Below are positions 19,624-30,200 of a stretch of 64,000 nucleotides of DNA, piece after piece. The DNA lies in contig OY781945.1 in the NCBI GenBank assembly GCA_963677435.1, positions 1,696,001-1,760,000 on the forward strand. The letters are read 5' to 3'. A program made the translations under genes and the position numbers. The DNA is from an uncultured Aliarcobacter sp. GTDB lineage: Bacteria > Campylobacterota > Campylobacteria > Campylobacterales > Arcobacteraceae. The notes below the pieces were generated by a model. That model made no database searches, was not told where the DNA came from, and saw nothing but the letters and a program-made list of their open reading frames with translations. Position 1 is the first letter of the stretch. Each line of letters begins with the position of its first letter.

Positions 19624-20579
19624 AAATATTATTGTACATAATTAGTTTTATAATATTAGCAATTTCGCCATTTTTGGGAGAAATATCTATCTCTTTAAAA
19701 GATATTTTAGAGCCAACTTCAACAACATATACTATATTTTGGGATTTAAGAGTTTCAAGGGTAATTTTAGCTTTTTTTGTTGGTGGAATTTTAGCCTTAG
19801 GAGGTTTGATTTTTCAAATTATTTTCAAAAATCAACTAATAACTCCTTATACTTTAGGAATTGCAAGTGGAACTACACTTTTTACAGCTATTTCAATAGT
19901 ATTTTTTCCTGCACTTAATATGAGTATTTCTTCTGTTTTTGGCTCAATCATCACTATTTTGATTTTATATTTTATTTCAAAACAGATAAATAAAAGTGCA
20001 ATATCAGTCTCAACGAACTCTATTTTGCTTATTGGAATTGCTTTATCATATTTTTATAGTTCAGCTTTGATGTTGGTATTTTATATGAGTAATTTGCAAG
20101 AAAATTATTCAATAGTTAGATTTACCCTTGGAAGTTTAGATACTGTTGGTTTTACAAATGGTTTTATTGTTATGCTTGTGAGTGTTATTTTTTATTTTGT
20201 GGTAAGTTTTAATAAAGATAAAATCAAACTTTTACTTATTTGTAATGACACAGCATTTTTAAAAGGTCTAAATGTAAATAAAATTAGTTTACTTCTTTTA
20301 GTTGTTGTCTCTTTAAGTGTTGGAGTTTGTATTAGTTTTGTGGGACCCATAGGATTTATAGGACTTATAATTCCTCATATAATTAAACTAATTTATAAAC
20401 AAAGTGCTGATAAACTGTTTTTTCCTGTGTTTTTCTTTGGGGGAATATTTTTGGTGTTCTCAGATTTAATTTCAAGAAATTTAAACACAGATTCAAGTTT
20501 GCCAATAGGTGTAGTAACTGCGTTTATTGGAGCACCATTTTTTGTTTATTTATTGATCAGAAGAAATAAAAAAGTATAA
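19620..20579 (+). CDS. FecCD/BtuC-family permease
   Basis: PYTLGIASG, GPIGFIGLIIPH and LPIGVVTAFIGAPFF motifs. Confidence 0.88.
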   Translation: MKILLYIISFIILAISPFLGEISISLKDILEPTSTTYTIFWDLRVSRVILAFFVGGILALGGLIFQIIFKNQLITPYTLGIASGTTLFTAISIVFFPALNMSISSVFGSIITILILYFISKQINKSAISVSTNSILLIGIALSYFYSSALMLVFYMSNLQENYSIVRFTLGSLDTVGFTNGFIVMLVSVIFYFVVSFNKDKIKLLLICNDTAFLKGLNVNKISLLLLVVVSLSVGVCISFVGPIGFIGLIIPHIIKLIYKQSADKLFFPVFFFGGIFLVFSDLISRNLNTDSSLPIGVVTAFIGAPFFVYLLIRRNKKV

Positions 20580-20580
20580 A

Positions 20581-21072
20581 TTATTTATACTTTTTTGGAT
20601 ACTCAAAAGAGATTAATTTTGAGTTCTCTTTTGAAATATCACTCCAAGAATTAGTATTAAAATCTATTTCCACAATTGCACAAGTTGGAATATTTTCAAA
20701 TGATTCTTCGCATAAAGAGTTGGCTAAATCATAAAGTCCAGGATTATGTCCAACTAAAAACAAAATATCAAATTGTTCATCTACTTTATTTATAACTTTT
20801 TTTAAATTCAAATAGGGCGCTTCATAGATACTTTTATCATAAATAATTTCATTTTTATAATCTAGTTTTTTAAGTAAAAACTCCAAAGTAAGTTTTGTTC
20901 GAAGAGCTGGTGAGCTTATTATTAAATCAGGAATAATATTTTTCTCTTTTAAAAGTTTAGCCATAAAAGGTGCATCTTTTAAACCTCTATTGTTTAAACC
21001 TCTATCAAAATCATCAAGTAAAGCATTACTCCAATCAGATTTAGCGTGTCTTATTAAAAATAGTTTTTTCAT
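20581..21072 (-). CDS. SixA-like histidine phosphatase
   Basis: RHAKS, SSPALRT and VGHNP motifs. Confidence 0.82.
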   Translation of the reverse strand: MKKLFLIRHAKSDWSNALLDDFDRGLNNRGLKDAPFMAKLLKEKNIIPDLIISSPALRTKLTLEFLLKKLDYKNEIIYDKSIYEAPYLNLKKVINKVDEQFDILFLVGHNPGLYDLANSLCEESFENIPTCAIVEIDFNTNSWSDISKENSKLISFEYPKKYK

Positions 21073-21186
21073 TTTATTTATTCCTTGTATGGTAATTATT
21101 TTACTACAGAACTTCTTAATTAAAATATTTACAGAAGTAAAACTAGGATAAAATCACAAAAATAAAATATCATAAAAGGATTCAAT

Positions 21187-22455
21187 ATAAAAGCTATATG
21201 TATAAGTGCAATCGCATCAAATCAAGGAAAAACAACTTTAACAACGGCACTTTTATATCATTATAAAAAGTCTGTTCGACCATTTAAAATTGGCCCTGAT
21301 TTCATAGATCCTCTTTTTCATCAAAAAATCTGCCAAACACCTAGTATAAATCTTGATACTTGTATTATGAATGAAGCCCAAGTTAAATGGCTTTTTAAGA
21401 AATATAGTGATAAAAATATCTCTATTCTTGAGGGTGTTATGGGATTTTATGATGGCATGGATAAAAATGCTTCTGCTTATGATGTAACAAAACTTTTAAA
21501 TATTCCCACAATTATCATTTTAGATGGAAAAGGTTCATATATTACTTTGAGTGCTGTGATAAAAGGTCTTAAAACTTATCAAGAGGGAAATACCATAAAA
21601 GCGGTAGTTTTTAATCATATTTCATCTCCTAGCCATTTTGAATTAATCAAAAATCAAGTGGAAAAAGATTTTGATGATGTTGTGGTTTTAGGTTGGATTC
21701 AAAACAAACTTGATACTTTAGATTCAACTCACCTTGGACTTGATTTAAAAGACAATAAAATAGAAAAACTTGAACTAATGTCAAAAGAGGTTCTAAAACA
21801 TATAGATTTAGAAAAATTAGAATCAATATCAAACTTTGAAGTCCAAAAAGTAGAAGATTATCCTTTTGAAAAAGTAGAAAAGTATAATAAACATATCGCT
21901 TTGGTAAATGATGATAATTTCTCTTTTTTATATCATGATAATTTTGAGTTTCTAAAAGAGAGTTTTTCAAAAGTAACTATTGTAAATGCAATTAATAACG
22001 AAGTTATCCCTTTGGATGCTGATATTGTTTTTATTGTTGGTGGATATATAGAAACTAAAGAGGCTTATGAAAAAATAGAGAATTCAAATGATTTTAAAAA
22101 CTCTTTATTAACTCATGCAAAAGAAAAAAAAGCAATATATGGCGAGTGTGCAGGATTGTTGTTTTTATCAAGTAGAGTCGATGATAGGAAAATGATGGGT
22201 TTATTGCCTTTAGATTTTACTCTAGGAAAAAGATTTTATCGAATGGGATATTATGAAAATGATTTTGGAATAACTGGGCATGCTTTTCATTATACAAGAT
22301 TAATTGATGAAGAAAAAGTAGGGGAGTATAAACTTTACAAAAAAAATAGCAGTGATGGAACTTATGCTGCTTTTAAAAATGATAATGTTTTTGGAACATA
22401 TTTACATACTATGCTAAGAAATAATTTTAATAAGATAAAAAAGTATTTATTATAA
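21187..22455 (+). CDS. cbiA: Cobyrinate a,c-diamide synthase, with an apparent ATA start
   Basis: An in-frame extension of the track ORF (21367) encodes KAICISAIASNQGKTT...FKIGPDFIDP; later motifs EGVMG, ECAG and GTYLH. AAGGA lies 6 nt before ATA 21187. Confidence 0.85.
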   Translation: MKAICISAIASNQGKTTLTTALLYHYKKSVRPFKIGPDFIDPLFHQKICQTPSINLDTCIMNEAQVKWLFKKYSDKNISILEGVMGFYDGMDKNASAYDVTKLLNIPTIIILDGKGSYITLSAVIKGLKTYQEGNTIKAVVFNHISSPSHFELIKNQVEKDFDDVVVLGWIQNKLDTLDSTHLGLDLKDNKIEKLELMSKEVLKHIDLEKLESISNFEVQKVEDYPFEKVEKYNKHIALVNDDNFSFLYHDNFEFLKESFSKVTIVNAINNEVIPLDADIVFIVGGYIETKEAYEKIENSNDFKNSLLTHAKEKKAIYGECAGLLFLSSRVDDRKMMGLLPLDFTLGKRFYRMGYYENDFGITGHAFHYTRLIDEEKVGEYKLYKKNSSDGTYAAFKNDNVFGTYLHTMLRNNFNKIKKYLL

Positions 22456-22568
22456 TCTAAAATTGCATTTAGAATAAAATGTAAATAGTGATTAGGTAAA
22501 ATCGTTATTTTTTATTCAAGTAAAAAATTATCTTTAAATAAAACTATGTAATAATACTCACTTTTAAA

Positions 22569-24626
22569 ATGGAGTCTTATATAAAAAAAATATATTTAAA
22601 ATTATTATTTGTTTTATTATTTATATCAAATAATCTTATTGCAGAAAATCTTGAAAATCTTCTTGATAATGTAAATGATTATGCAAAAAATAATAATATG
22701 AATATTGAGTATCAACCTTCATCCCTTACCATACTTTATGGAGATGACTTAGAAGCATTAGGAATTAAAACATTAAGCGAAGCTTTAGATTTTGTTCCTG
22801 GAATTCAAACAATGGATGGATCAACTAATTTTTCAAGAATATCTTTTCGAGGTACCATAAAACCTTATGACATTATTAATGAACAAATTAGATTCTATAT
22901 AAATGGAATAGATGTATATTATAACTATTTTTCACATTTCCCTATTAATTTAATAGAAAGAATAGAAATCACAAGAGGAGGAATCTCTGTTGCTTATGGA
23001 GAAGGAGGATTTCTAGGTTCTATAAATATAGTTACAAAAATTGATAATTATGATGAAAATGGAATTAGTTTAGGTACTGGTAGTTTTAATGAGAAAAATG
23101 GTTCTGTTTTTTTTAATAAAAATTTTAATAAATGGAAATTAGGCATTGATTCTTATTATTTAAATAATGATAAAAAAGTATTTGCTCCATCTGCTAATTT
23201 AATAAATTATAATATATCAAATAGTAATCTTGATAGAAAAAAAGAGTCATTTGAAGGTGTTGAAGAAAAAGCTTTTGGGATAAACCTAAAAAATGATAAT
23301 TGGATTTTTAACTCAAGATATTTAGAATCAACATCACAAAATCATTATGGTTTTTTAGGCTATTTAGATTTTGATGATAGCGGATATTCAAAATATACAG
23401 TTTCAACCTCTCAAATTGTATATGAAAATTATATATCTAATAATAATAAAATTAAATCAAAAATAGGCTATTTGAACTATAATTATAAATTAAATACATA
23501 TTTATACAAGTTTGAACCCAATTCTATTGGACTATATGATCCTCATTATCAGGTTGATTATACAAAACAAGATATATTTAGTGAAGTTTCCATCACCAAT
23601 AGTAGTATAAAAAATCATCAAATTGTATATGGAATAAGCTTTTCATATTCACATATACCTAAAAATAATTATTATACAAATGCTGATTATATTGGAAAAG
23701 TAGGGCTATATGACCCTTCAAATGATGCATATCTACCTATATCTAGTGATTTAACTACTTTGAGTGGTAATGAAGGTTTTCTTAATAATATAGAAAGTCA
23801 AACGAATTATTCATATTATGTTCAAGATACTTTTTCTTTTAATGATAATTTAAATTTTTTATTTAATACAAAAATAAATGATTCCGAATATTCAGATAAG
23901 TTAATAAATTATACTCTATCTAGTGTTTATTCAACTGATAATATAAATATTTATAAAGCAACCTTTTCAAAAAATCATAGGACACCTTCTCGTATAGAAA
24001 GTTTTCTTAGTGGACACCTTTCTGCTTTTGGTAATGAGAATTTAAAACCAGAAAAATCTAATACTTTGGAATTAATTTATAATTATATTAATGATAATGA
24101 TAGTTTTAAATTAAATAATTATTATTCAATTTATGAAAATAGTATTGATGTAATGAATAATGGAACAAGTTATCAATATTATAATAATGAAGATGATTTA
24201 AATAATTATGGTTTAGAAGTGGAATATTCAAGAAATTTTGAAAATCGATCAAAATTTTTATTTAACAGTAGTTATTCTATTTATAAGTATAAAAATAAAG
24301 AGTTTGATTCTGCTGATGTTAATACTCCAATAGCTTCAAAAATAACTGCAAATGTGGGGTATATATATCCTATAAATTCAAAACTAAGTGTAAGTGGAAC
24401 TTCTAAATATTATGGAGCAAAAGCTCTTCTAAATGATACTAAAATTGATGATGTCGTTCTTTTTAATCTTTCTTCTTCTTATTTTATTAATGATGATATG
24501 AAAATTCTTTTTAGTCTTAAAAATGTTTTAGATACTAAATATTACTATTATGGCTTTAATACTTTAGATGAAAAAATGTTAAGAGAAGGTAGAACTTGGA
24601 ATTTGAGTCTGAGTTATGAATTTTAA
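22569..24626 (+). CDS. TonB-dependent receptor-like outer membrane protein
   Basis: Signal peptide; LSEALDFVPG, IERIEITRG and NENLKPE motifs; C-terminal SYEF. Confidence 0.85.
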   Translation: MESYIKKIYLKLLFVLLFISNNLIAENLENLLDNVNDYAKNNNMNIEYQPSSLTILYGDDLEALGIKTLSEALDFVPGIQTMDGSTNFSRISFRGTIKPYDIINEQIRFYINGIDVYYNYFSHFPINLIERIEITRGGISVAYGEGGFLGSINIVTKIDNYDENGISLGTGSFNEKNGSVFFNKNFNKWKLGIDSYYLNNDKKVFAPSANLINYNISNSNLDRKKESFEGVEEKAFGINLKNDNWIFNSRYLESTSQNHYGFLGYLDFDDSGYSKYTVSTSQIVYENYISNNNKIKSKIGYLNYNYKLNTYLYKFEPNSIGLYDPHYQVDYTKQDIFSEVSITNSSIKNHQIVYGISFSYSHIPKNNYYTNADYIGKVGLYDPSNDAYLPISSDLTTLSGNEGFLNNIESQTNYSYYVQDTFSFNDNLNFLFNTKINDSEYSDKLINYTLSSVYSTDNINIYKATFSKNHRTPSRIESFLSGHLSAFGNENLKPEKSNTLELIYNYINDNDSFKLNNYYSIYENSIDVMNNGTSYQYYNNEDDLNNYGLEVEYSRNFENRSKFLFNSSYSIYKYKNKEFDSADVNTPIASKITANVGYIYPINSKLSVSGTSKYYGAKALLNDTKIDDVVLFNLSSSYFINDDMKILFSLKNVLDTKYYYYGFNTLDEKMLREGRTWNLSLSYEF

Positions 24627-25155
24627 ACTAATATTTTTTTTTATTTTTACTTATGTAAATATCTATGCAAATAGTGTTTATGATTTAAATCTATTAATCC
24701 TTCAATCAAAAGTTTTTCCAAAAGTTATCCTAGCTGATTATAATATAAATGAAAAAGTAATTGATAATAAAATTGTATTTACTATTTTATATGAAGAGAT
24801 AGATACAAATATAGCTAATAAATTTAAAAAAATGATAGAGCAAAATTATCCAAAATTAAAAGAGTATGAAGTCGAACTTCGACTACTACAATATAAAGAT
24901 TTTTCACAAAAGACTCAACTAGATACTGCATATATCTTTCTTTTAGGAAAAGAAAAAGAAATTACTGAAATATCAAAGTTTATTACAAATAATAAAAGAT
25001 TAAGTTTTTCTTATGATAAAAACTATGTAGATTATGGAGTTGTTTTTGGTTTAGAAATTAGTTCAACGGTCTCTTTATTGTTAAATCTTAATAGTTTAAA
25101 ACAAAGTCAAATAAATCTAGAAAATAGTATTTTCAAAGTGACAAAAATAAAATGA
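24616..25155 (+). CDS. YfiR/HmsC (DUF4154)-like periplasmic protein
   Basis: Signal peptide, size, C-terminal LLLNLNSLKQSQINL pattern, and position between the receptor and the kinase. Confidence 0.6.
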   Translation: MNFKLIFFFIFTYVNIYANSVYDLNLLILQSKVFPKVILADYNINEKVIDNKIVFTILYEEIDTNIANKFKKMIEQNYPKLKEYEVELRLLQYKDFSQKTQLDTAYIFLLGKEKEITEISKFITNNKRLSFSYDKNYVDYGVVFGLEISSTVSLLLNLNSLKQSQINLENSIFKVTKIK

Positions 25156-26525
25156 AAAAACTATCAATCATAACTCAAGTTATTTTAATAAATATTTTTG
25201 TCATGGCTTTATTTATTTGCATATTTATATCACAAAATTATTCAGTTGTATCAAAACAATTAGATACTCTTGAAGATGAAAAAATCAACTCAATTGTAAA
25301 AACTTTAGAACCTTTAGTTTCTATCAATTTAGCCTTAGATTTAAAAGATAACTATATTTCTGCCATAGAAAATATTATTAAAAATAATGAAGAGATAGTA
25401 TCTATTAAATTATTTGACGATAAAGAACAGGTAATTTATAAAAATAATAGATTATCAAAAGAGATTCTAAATACAAAAGAAATATCTATAGTTTTAACTG
25501 ATAATCTTTTGAAAACATCAATAGGTACTATGAGAGTTTATTACACTTTTTCAAATATCTATACTGAACTTCTAGCTGATTTTAAAATATTTCTTTTTTA
25601 TATGTTTATACTTTTTATAATAAGTTTGTTGATTTTAACAATATTAATAAAAAGAAATTTAAATCCTCTTCAAATTTTAAAAAATAAGATTCAAAAGTAC
25701 AGTTTTGAAGATAAAGTTATTTTCAATAAAATGCAAGGAAATAATGAATTAGTAGTTATAAATAATAGTATTAAACAGATGGTCGAAAGACTAGAAAAAG
25801 AAGTAGATATAAGAATCTTATATGAAAAAGAGATTATGCAAAAAAATCGTCTAGCTTCCCAAGGTGAAATGCTTGATAATATTGCCCATCAATGGAGGCA
25901 ACCTTTGATGAAAATAAATGCAATCTTACTAAATATTGACAGAATGTCTGAATTAAACAGCCTAGAAAAAAGTTATTTATCAGAAAAAATAAGTGAAGCT
26001 TCAAATACAACCTATTATATGTCCCAAACAATTGAAGTATTTAGGGAATTTGTAAATCCAAATAAACAAAAAGAAGAGTTTGAAATAATTGATGTAATTA
26101 ATCAAGCTATAAATTTTATGAATTCTTCATTAGAAGAGGTGAAAATATCTTTTAGATATAAGAAAAATCCTTTAGTTTTTGGTATGAAAAATGAGTTAAT
26201 TCAAGTCTTTATCTCTTTATTTACGAATTCAGTTGATATTTTTGAACAAAAAAATATAAAAAATAGCAAAATAGATATAAGAATTTTTGAAAAAAATAAT
26301 AATGTAGTTGTTATATTAAAAGATAATGCAGGTGGAATAAAAGATGAACTTTTAGGAAAAATCTTTGATCCCTATGTAACAACAAAATTTAAATCAGGAG
26401 GTACAGGAATGGGACTTTATATTTGTAAACTTATTTTAGCAAATAGTTTTAATGGAACAATAAATGCTAAAAATTCAAGAGATGGTGCAATATTTATATT
26501 ACAGATAAAAGGTGAAAATAGATGA
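25152..26525 (+). CDS. Sensor histidine kinase
   Basis: Two TM segments, HAMP-like linker, IAHQWRQPL, DNAGGI and GTGMGL motifs. Confidence 0.92.
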   Translation: MKKLSIITQVILINIFVMALFICIFISQNYSVVSKQLDTLEDEKINSIVKTLEPLVSINLALDLKDNYISAIENIIKNNEEIVSIKLFDDKEQVIYKNNRLSKEILNTKEISIVLTDNLLKTSIGTMRVYYTFSNIYTELLADFKIFLFYMFILFIISLLILTILIKRNLNPLQILKNKIQKYSFEDKVIFNKMQGNNELVVINNSIKQMVERLEKEVDIRILYEKEIMQKNRLASQGEMLDNIAHQWRQPLMKINAILLNIDRMSELNSLEKSYLSEKISEASNTTYYMSQTIEVFREFVNPNKQKEEFEIIDVINQAINFMNSSLEEVKISFRYKKNPLVFGMKNELIQVFISLFTNSVDIFEQKNIKNSKIDIRIFEKNNNVVVILKDNAGGIKDELLGKIFDPYVTTKFKSGGTGMGLYICKLILANSFNGTINAKNSRDGAIFILQIKGENR

Positions 26526-27205
26526 AAGAAGTTTTAAAAGATATTACTTTACTTTATGCTGAGGATGATTTGGAAGTTCAAAAACAGATGGTAGAGTATT
26601 TTGAAACATTTTTTAAAAAGATTTATGTGGTATCTCAAGGGAAAGAAGCTTTAGAATTTTATAAAAAATACAAACCAGAACTTATGATAGTAGATATTTT
26701 TATGCCAGAGTTGGATGGTCTAACTTTGGCTGAATTAATTAGAAAAGATGATTACAAAACAAAGATTGTAGTTTTAAGTGCTCATTCTCAATCAGAATTA
26801 ATTTTAAAAGCTATTAATATTAATATAAATCATTATCTTATCAAACCAGCAACTTTGCAAAAAATGAAAGAGATGATGGATAAAATTTCAGAAGAATTTG
26901 TGCGAGATTTTAAATATATTGTATCTTTAGGCTCTTCAATTCATTATGATATAAATCAAAAAAAACTTATTTCAAATGCAGATGAAATAACTCTTTCGAA
27001 TAAAGAAAATAGAGTTTTAGAAATTTTGATTCAAAATATAGGAAAAGCTGTATCTATACATGATATAGGAAACTTTGTTTGGAGAGATTCTATTGATTTT
27101 GTTTCAAATGAATCTATAAAAATGCAAGTTAGTAATCTAAGAAAAAAATTACCAAATAATCTGATTACAAATGTATATGGTGTAGGATATATGTTAAAAA
27201 TATAA
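26522..27205 (+). CDS. OmpR-family response regulator
   Basis: AEDD, VDIFMP and KP receiver motifs; winged-helix ending LRKKL...VYGVGY. Confidence 0.92.
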   Translation: MKEVLKDITLLYAEDDLEVQKQMVEYFETFFKKIYVVSQGKEALEFYKKYKPELMIVDIFMPELDGLTLAELIRKDDYKTKIVVLSAHSQSELILKAINININHYLIKPATLQKMKEMMDKISEEFVRDFKYIVSLGSSIHYDINQKKLISNADEITLSNKENRVLEILIQNIGKAVSIHDIGNFVWRDSIDFVSNESIKMQVSNLRKKLPNNLITNVYGVGYMLKI

Positions 27206-27227
27206 AATTCAAAAAATCCTCAAAATT

Positions 27228-27257
27228 TTACACTTCATTACACTCTTCTTTTATAAT
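27228..27257 (+). promoter_or_regulatory. Putative regulator-binding direct repeat and -10 box of the tpsA gene
   Basis: TTACACT at 27228 and 27238 (10-bp period), then TATAAT at 27252. Confidence 0.5.
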
Positions 27258-27289
27258 AATGAATAAAAATTATTCTAAGAGGAAAGATA

Positions 27290-30200
27290 ATGAAGTTTAA
27301 ATCAGATTTTAGCTCAAGATTTAGAATCCTAAAAGGTGGAAAAATATCCTTGATGGTATCAGCCTTATTAGGAGGAGTAACACTTAGTGTTGCAGCTCCA
27401 ACAGCAGGAGTAGTAACAAGTGGAACAGCAAATATTTCACAAAATGGAAATACTACAAATATAAACCAAAGTTCTAATAAAGCCACAATTAATTGGCAAG
27501 ATTTTTCAATCAAATCAAATGAAACAGTAAACTTTAATCAGCCAAATAAAAATAGTATAACTTTAAATAGAGTTGTAGGTAATGAAAAATCAGTAATAGA
27601 TGGAGCACTAAACGCAAATGGACAAGTTTGGATTTTAAACTCAAATGGTGTGTTGTTTAATAAAACAGCAAAAGTAAATACAGCAGGAATAGTAGCTACC
27701 ACAAAAGAGTTAAGTGATGCAGACTTTAATGCTGGAAATTATAACTTCAAAGGTGACTCAAAAGCTAGTGTTATAAACCTAGGAACTATAGAAGTATCAA
27801 ATAGTGGTTATGTAGTTCTAGCTTCAAATGAAGTAAAAAACCAAGGGACTATAAAAGCAGTAAAAGGAAAAGTATATCTATCAGGTGCAGATAAATATAG
27901 CTTAAATTTAAATGGAAACTCTCTTGTAAGCCTTAGTGTAAAAAAAGGTGTTTTAGATGCTTTAGTAAAAAACTCAGGAACTATTATTGCTAATGGTGGA
28001 GAAATTTATCTAAGTACAAATGCTATAAATGAACTACTAAAAGGTGTAGTAAATAATACAGGGATTCTTGAAGCTAATTCTTTGGATGGATTAACTGGGA
28101 AAGTAGAATTGTTTGCCCATGGTGGAGAAGTTCAAGTAGGTGGAACAATAAAAGCAAAAGATGGCTTTGTTGAAACTTCAGGGAAAAAATTTTCAATTGA
28201 TAAAAATACAAATATCAAAGCAAAAACTTGGTTAATAGACCCTACAAATTTAACAGTAAATGATTCAACAGCTTATGAAACAGCACTAGGAAATGGAACA
28301 GACACTTTAATCAAAACAGATAATGCAACAGGAAGTGATGAGGGGAATATCTATATCAATGATACGATTAATTGGACAACAAACGCAAAACTTACCCTTG
28401 ATGCTTATAATAATATTTATATCAATAAAGCAATAAGTGCTACCAATGGAAAACTTGCTTTATATTATGGAGATAGTGGAGATTATTATATAAATGCAAA
28501 AGTAAACCTAAGTGCAGGTCAAAATTTCTTTACAAAAAAAGCAAGTGATTTAGCTGAGACCTCTTGGACAGTTGTAACAACAGCAAGTGATGTACAAAGT
28601 ATGTCTTTATCAGGAAATACAGTTTTAGGTGCAGATGTAGATGCAAGTGGTATTTCAAATTGGACTCCAATAGGAAATCTCTCAACAAGATTCACAGGAA
28701 ATTTTGATGGACTTGGACATACTATTGATAAACTTTATATAAATAATAGTTCATCTAATTACCTTGGATTATTTGGCGCTACCAATTCCTCAAGCACCAT
28801 AAAAAATGTTGGACTTATTAATGTGAATATTATTGGAAATGACTTTGTCGGAGGTTTGGTTGGTGCTACTGCTTCAACAATCAAAAACTCATATGTTAGT
28901 GGAACAGTGAGTGGAAGAAATTATATTGGAGGTTTAGTTGGATGGAATGATTCAACAATCGAAAACTCATATGCTAGTGCAACAGTGAGTGGATATAGCT
29001 TTGTCGGAGGTTTGGTTGGAATTAATACTTCAACAATCAAATATTCATATGCTAGTGGAACAGTGAGTGGATATAGTAATTTTGGAGGTTTGGTTGGAAG
29101 TGATAATGATATAATCGAAAACTCATACTATAATAAAGATACAAATACAGCAAGTATGGGTGATAGTTATCTTGGGAAAACAAAAGCAGAGATTTTAGCT
29201 GCATTTGCTGGAAATACTGCTTGGGTGACAACTGGGGCAGATATTGTGGGATATGGTATTTTTGATAGTGGTATTAGCTTGCCTCTTTTAAAAACATTTG
29301 CAATACCCACATCTACACTTTTTGAAAGTGGATATGGAACAGAAGAAAGTGCTTATACAATCACAAACTGGACACAACTACAAAATATCAATAATAGTAA
29401 TATTTTAACTAAAAACTACTATTTCCAACTTTTAAATAATCTTGGTGATACAACTTCAGATTATGCAAATCTAGCAAGTTCAACTGCAAATGGTGGAGCT
29501 GGATGGAATAGTTTAGGAAATGGCTCAGCACAATTTAAAGGAAACTTTGATGGACTTGGACATACTATTGATAAACTTTATATAAATAATAGTACTGATG
29601 AATTTATAGGACTTTTTGGATATACAAATGGTGCAATTATTAGCAATGTTGGTCTTACGAATATTGATATTACCGCGAGTTATGAAGAGGCTAATGTAGG
29701 AGCATTAGTAGGAAAGAATGAAAATTCTACAATAAATAATTCATATGCAATAGGAAGTGTAACTGCAAATGGTACATATAGTAATGTAGGAGGATTAGTT
29801 GGATGGAATCATTCTGATTCTACAATAAATAATTCATATGCAAGAGGAAGTGTAACTTCAAGTGTTGAAGGTGCTACTGTAGGAGGATTGGTTGGAATAA
29901 ATAATAATTCTTCAATAGATAATTCATATGCAACAGGAAGCGTTGCTGGAAATGGTGAATATAGTGAGGTTGGAGGATTAATTGGAAGGGGATATTCTTC
30001 TACAATAAATAATTCATATGCAAGTGGAAGTGTCACCGTAAAAAATGAGCTGGGTGAATCTTATTCAGGAGGTTTATATGGTAGAAATACAAGTTCTGCT
30101 GCACCTACTAATTCATGGTACGATAATGAAGCAAATACAGATAGTTCTATGATTGATACTTCTTACGGAAAAACAAAAGCAGAAATTTTAGCTTTAGTTG

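Noticed and set aside
20581..21072. CobC alpha-ribazole phosphatase call, given the B12 neighbourhood
   Set aside because: RHAKS and VGHNP motifs and the short length fit SixA-like proteins better.
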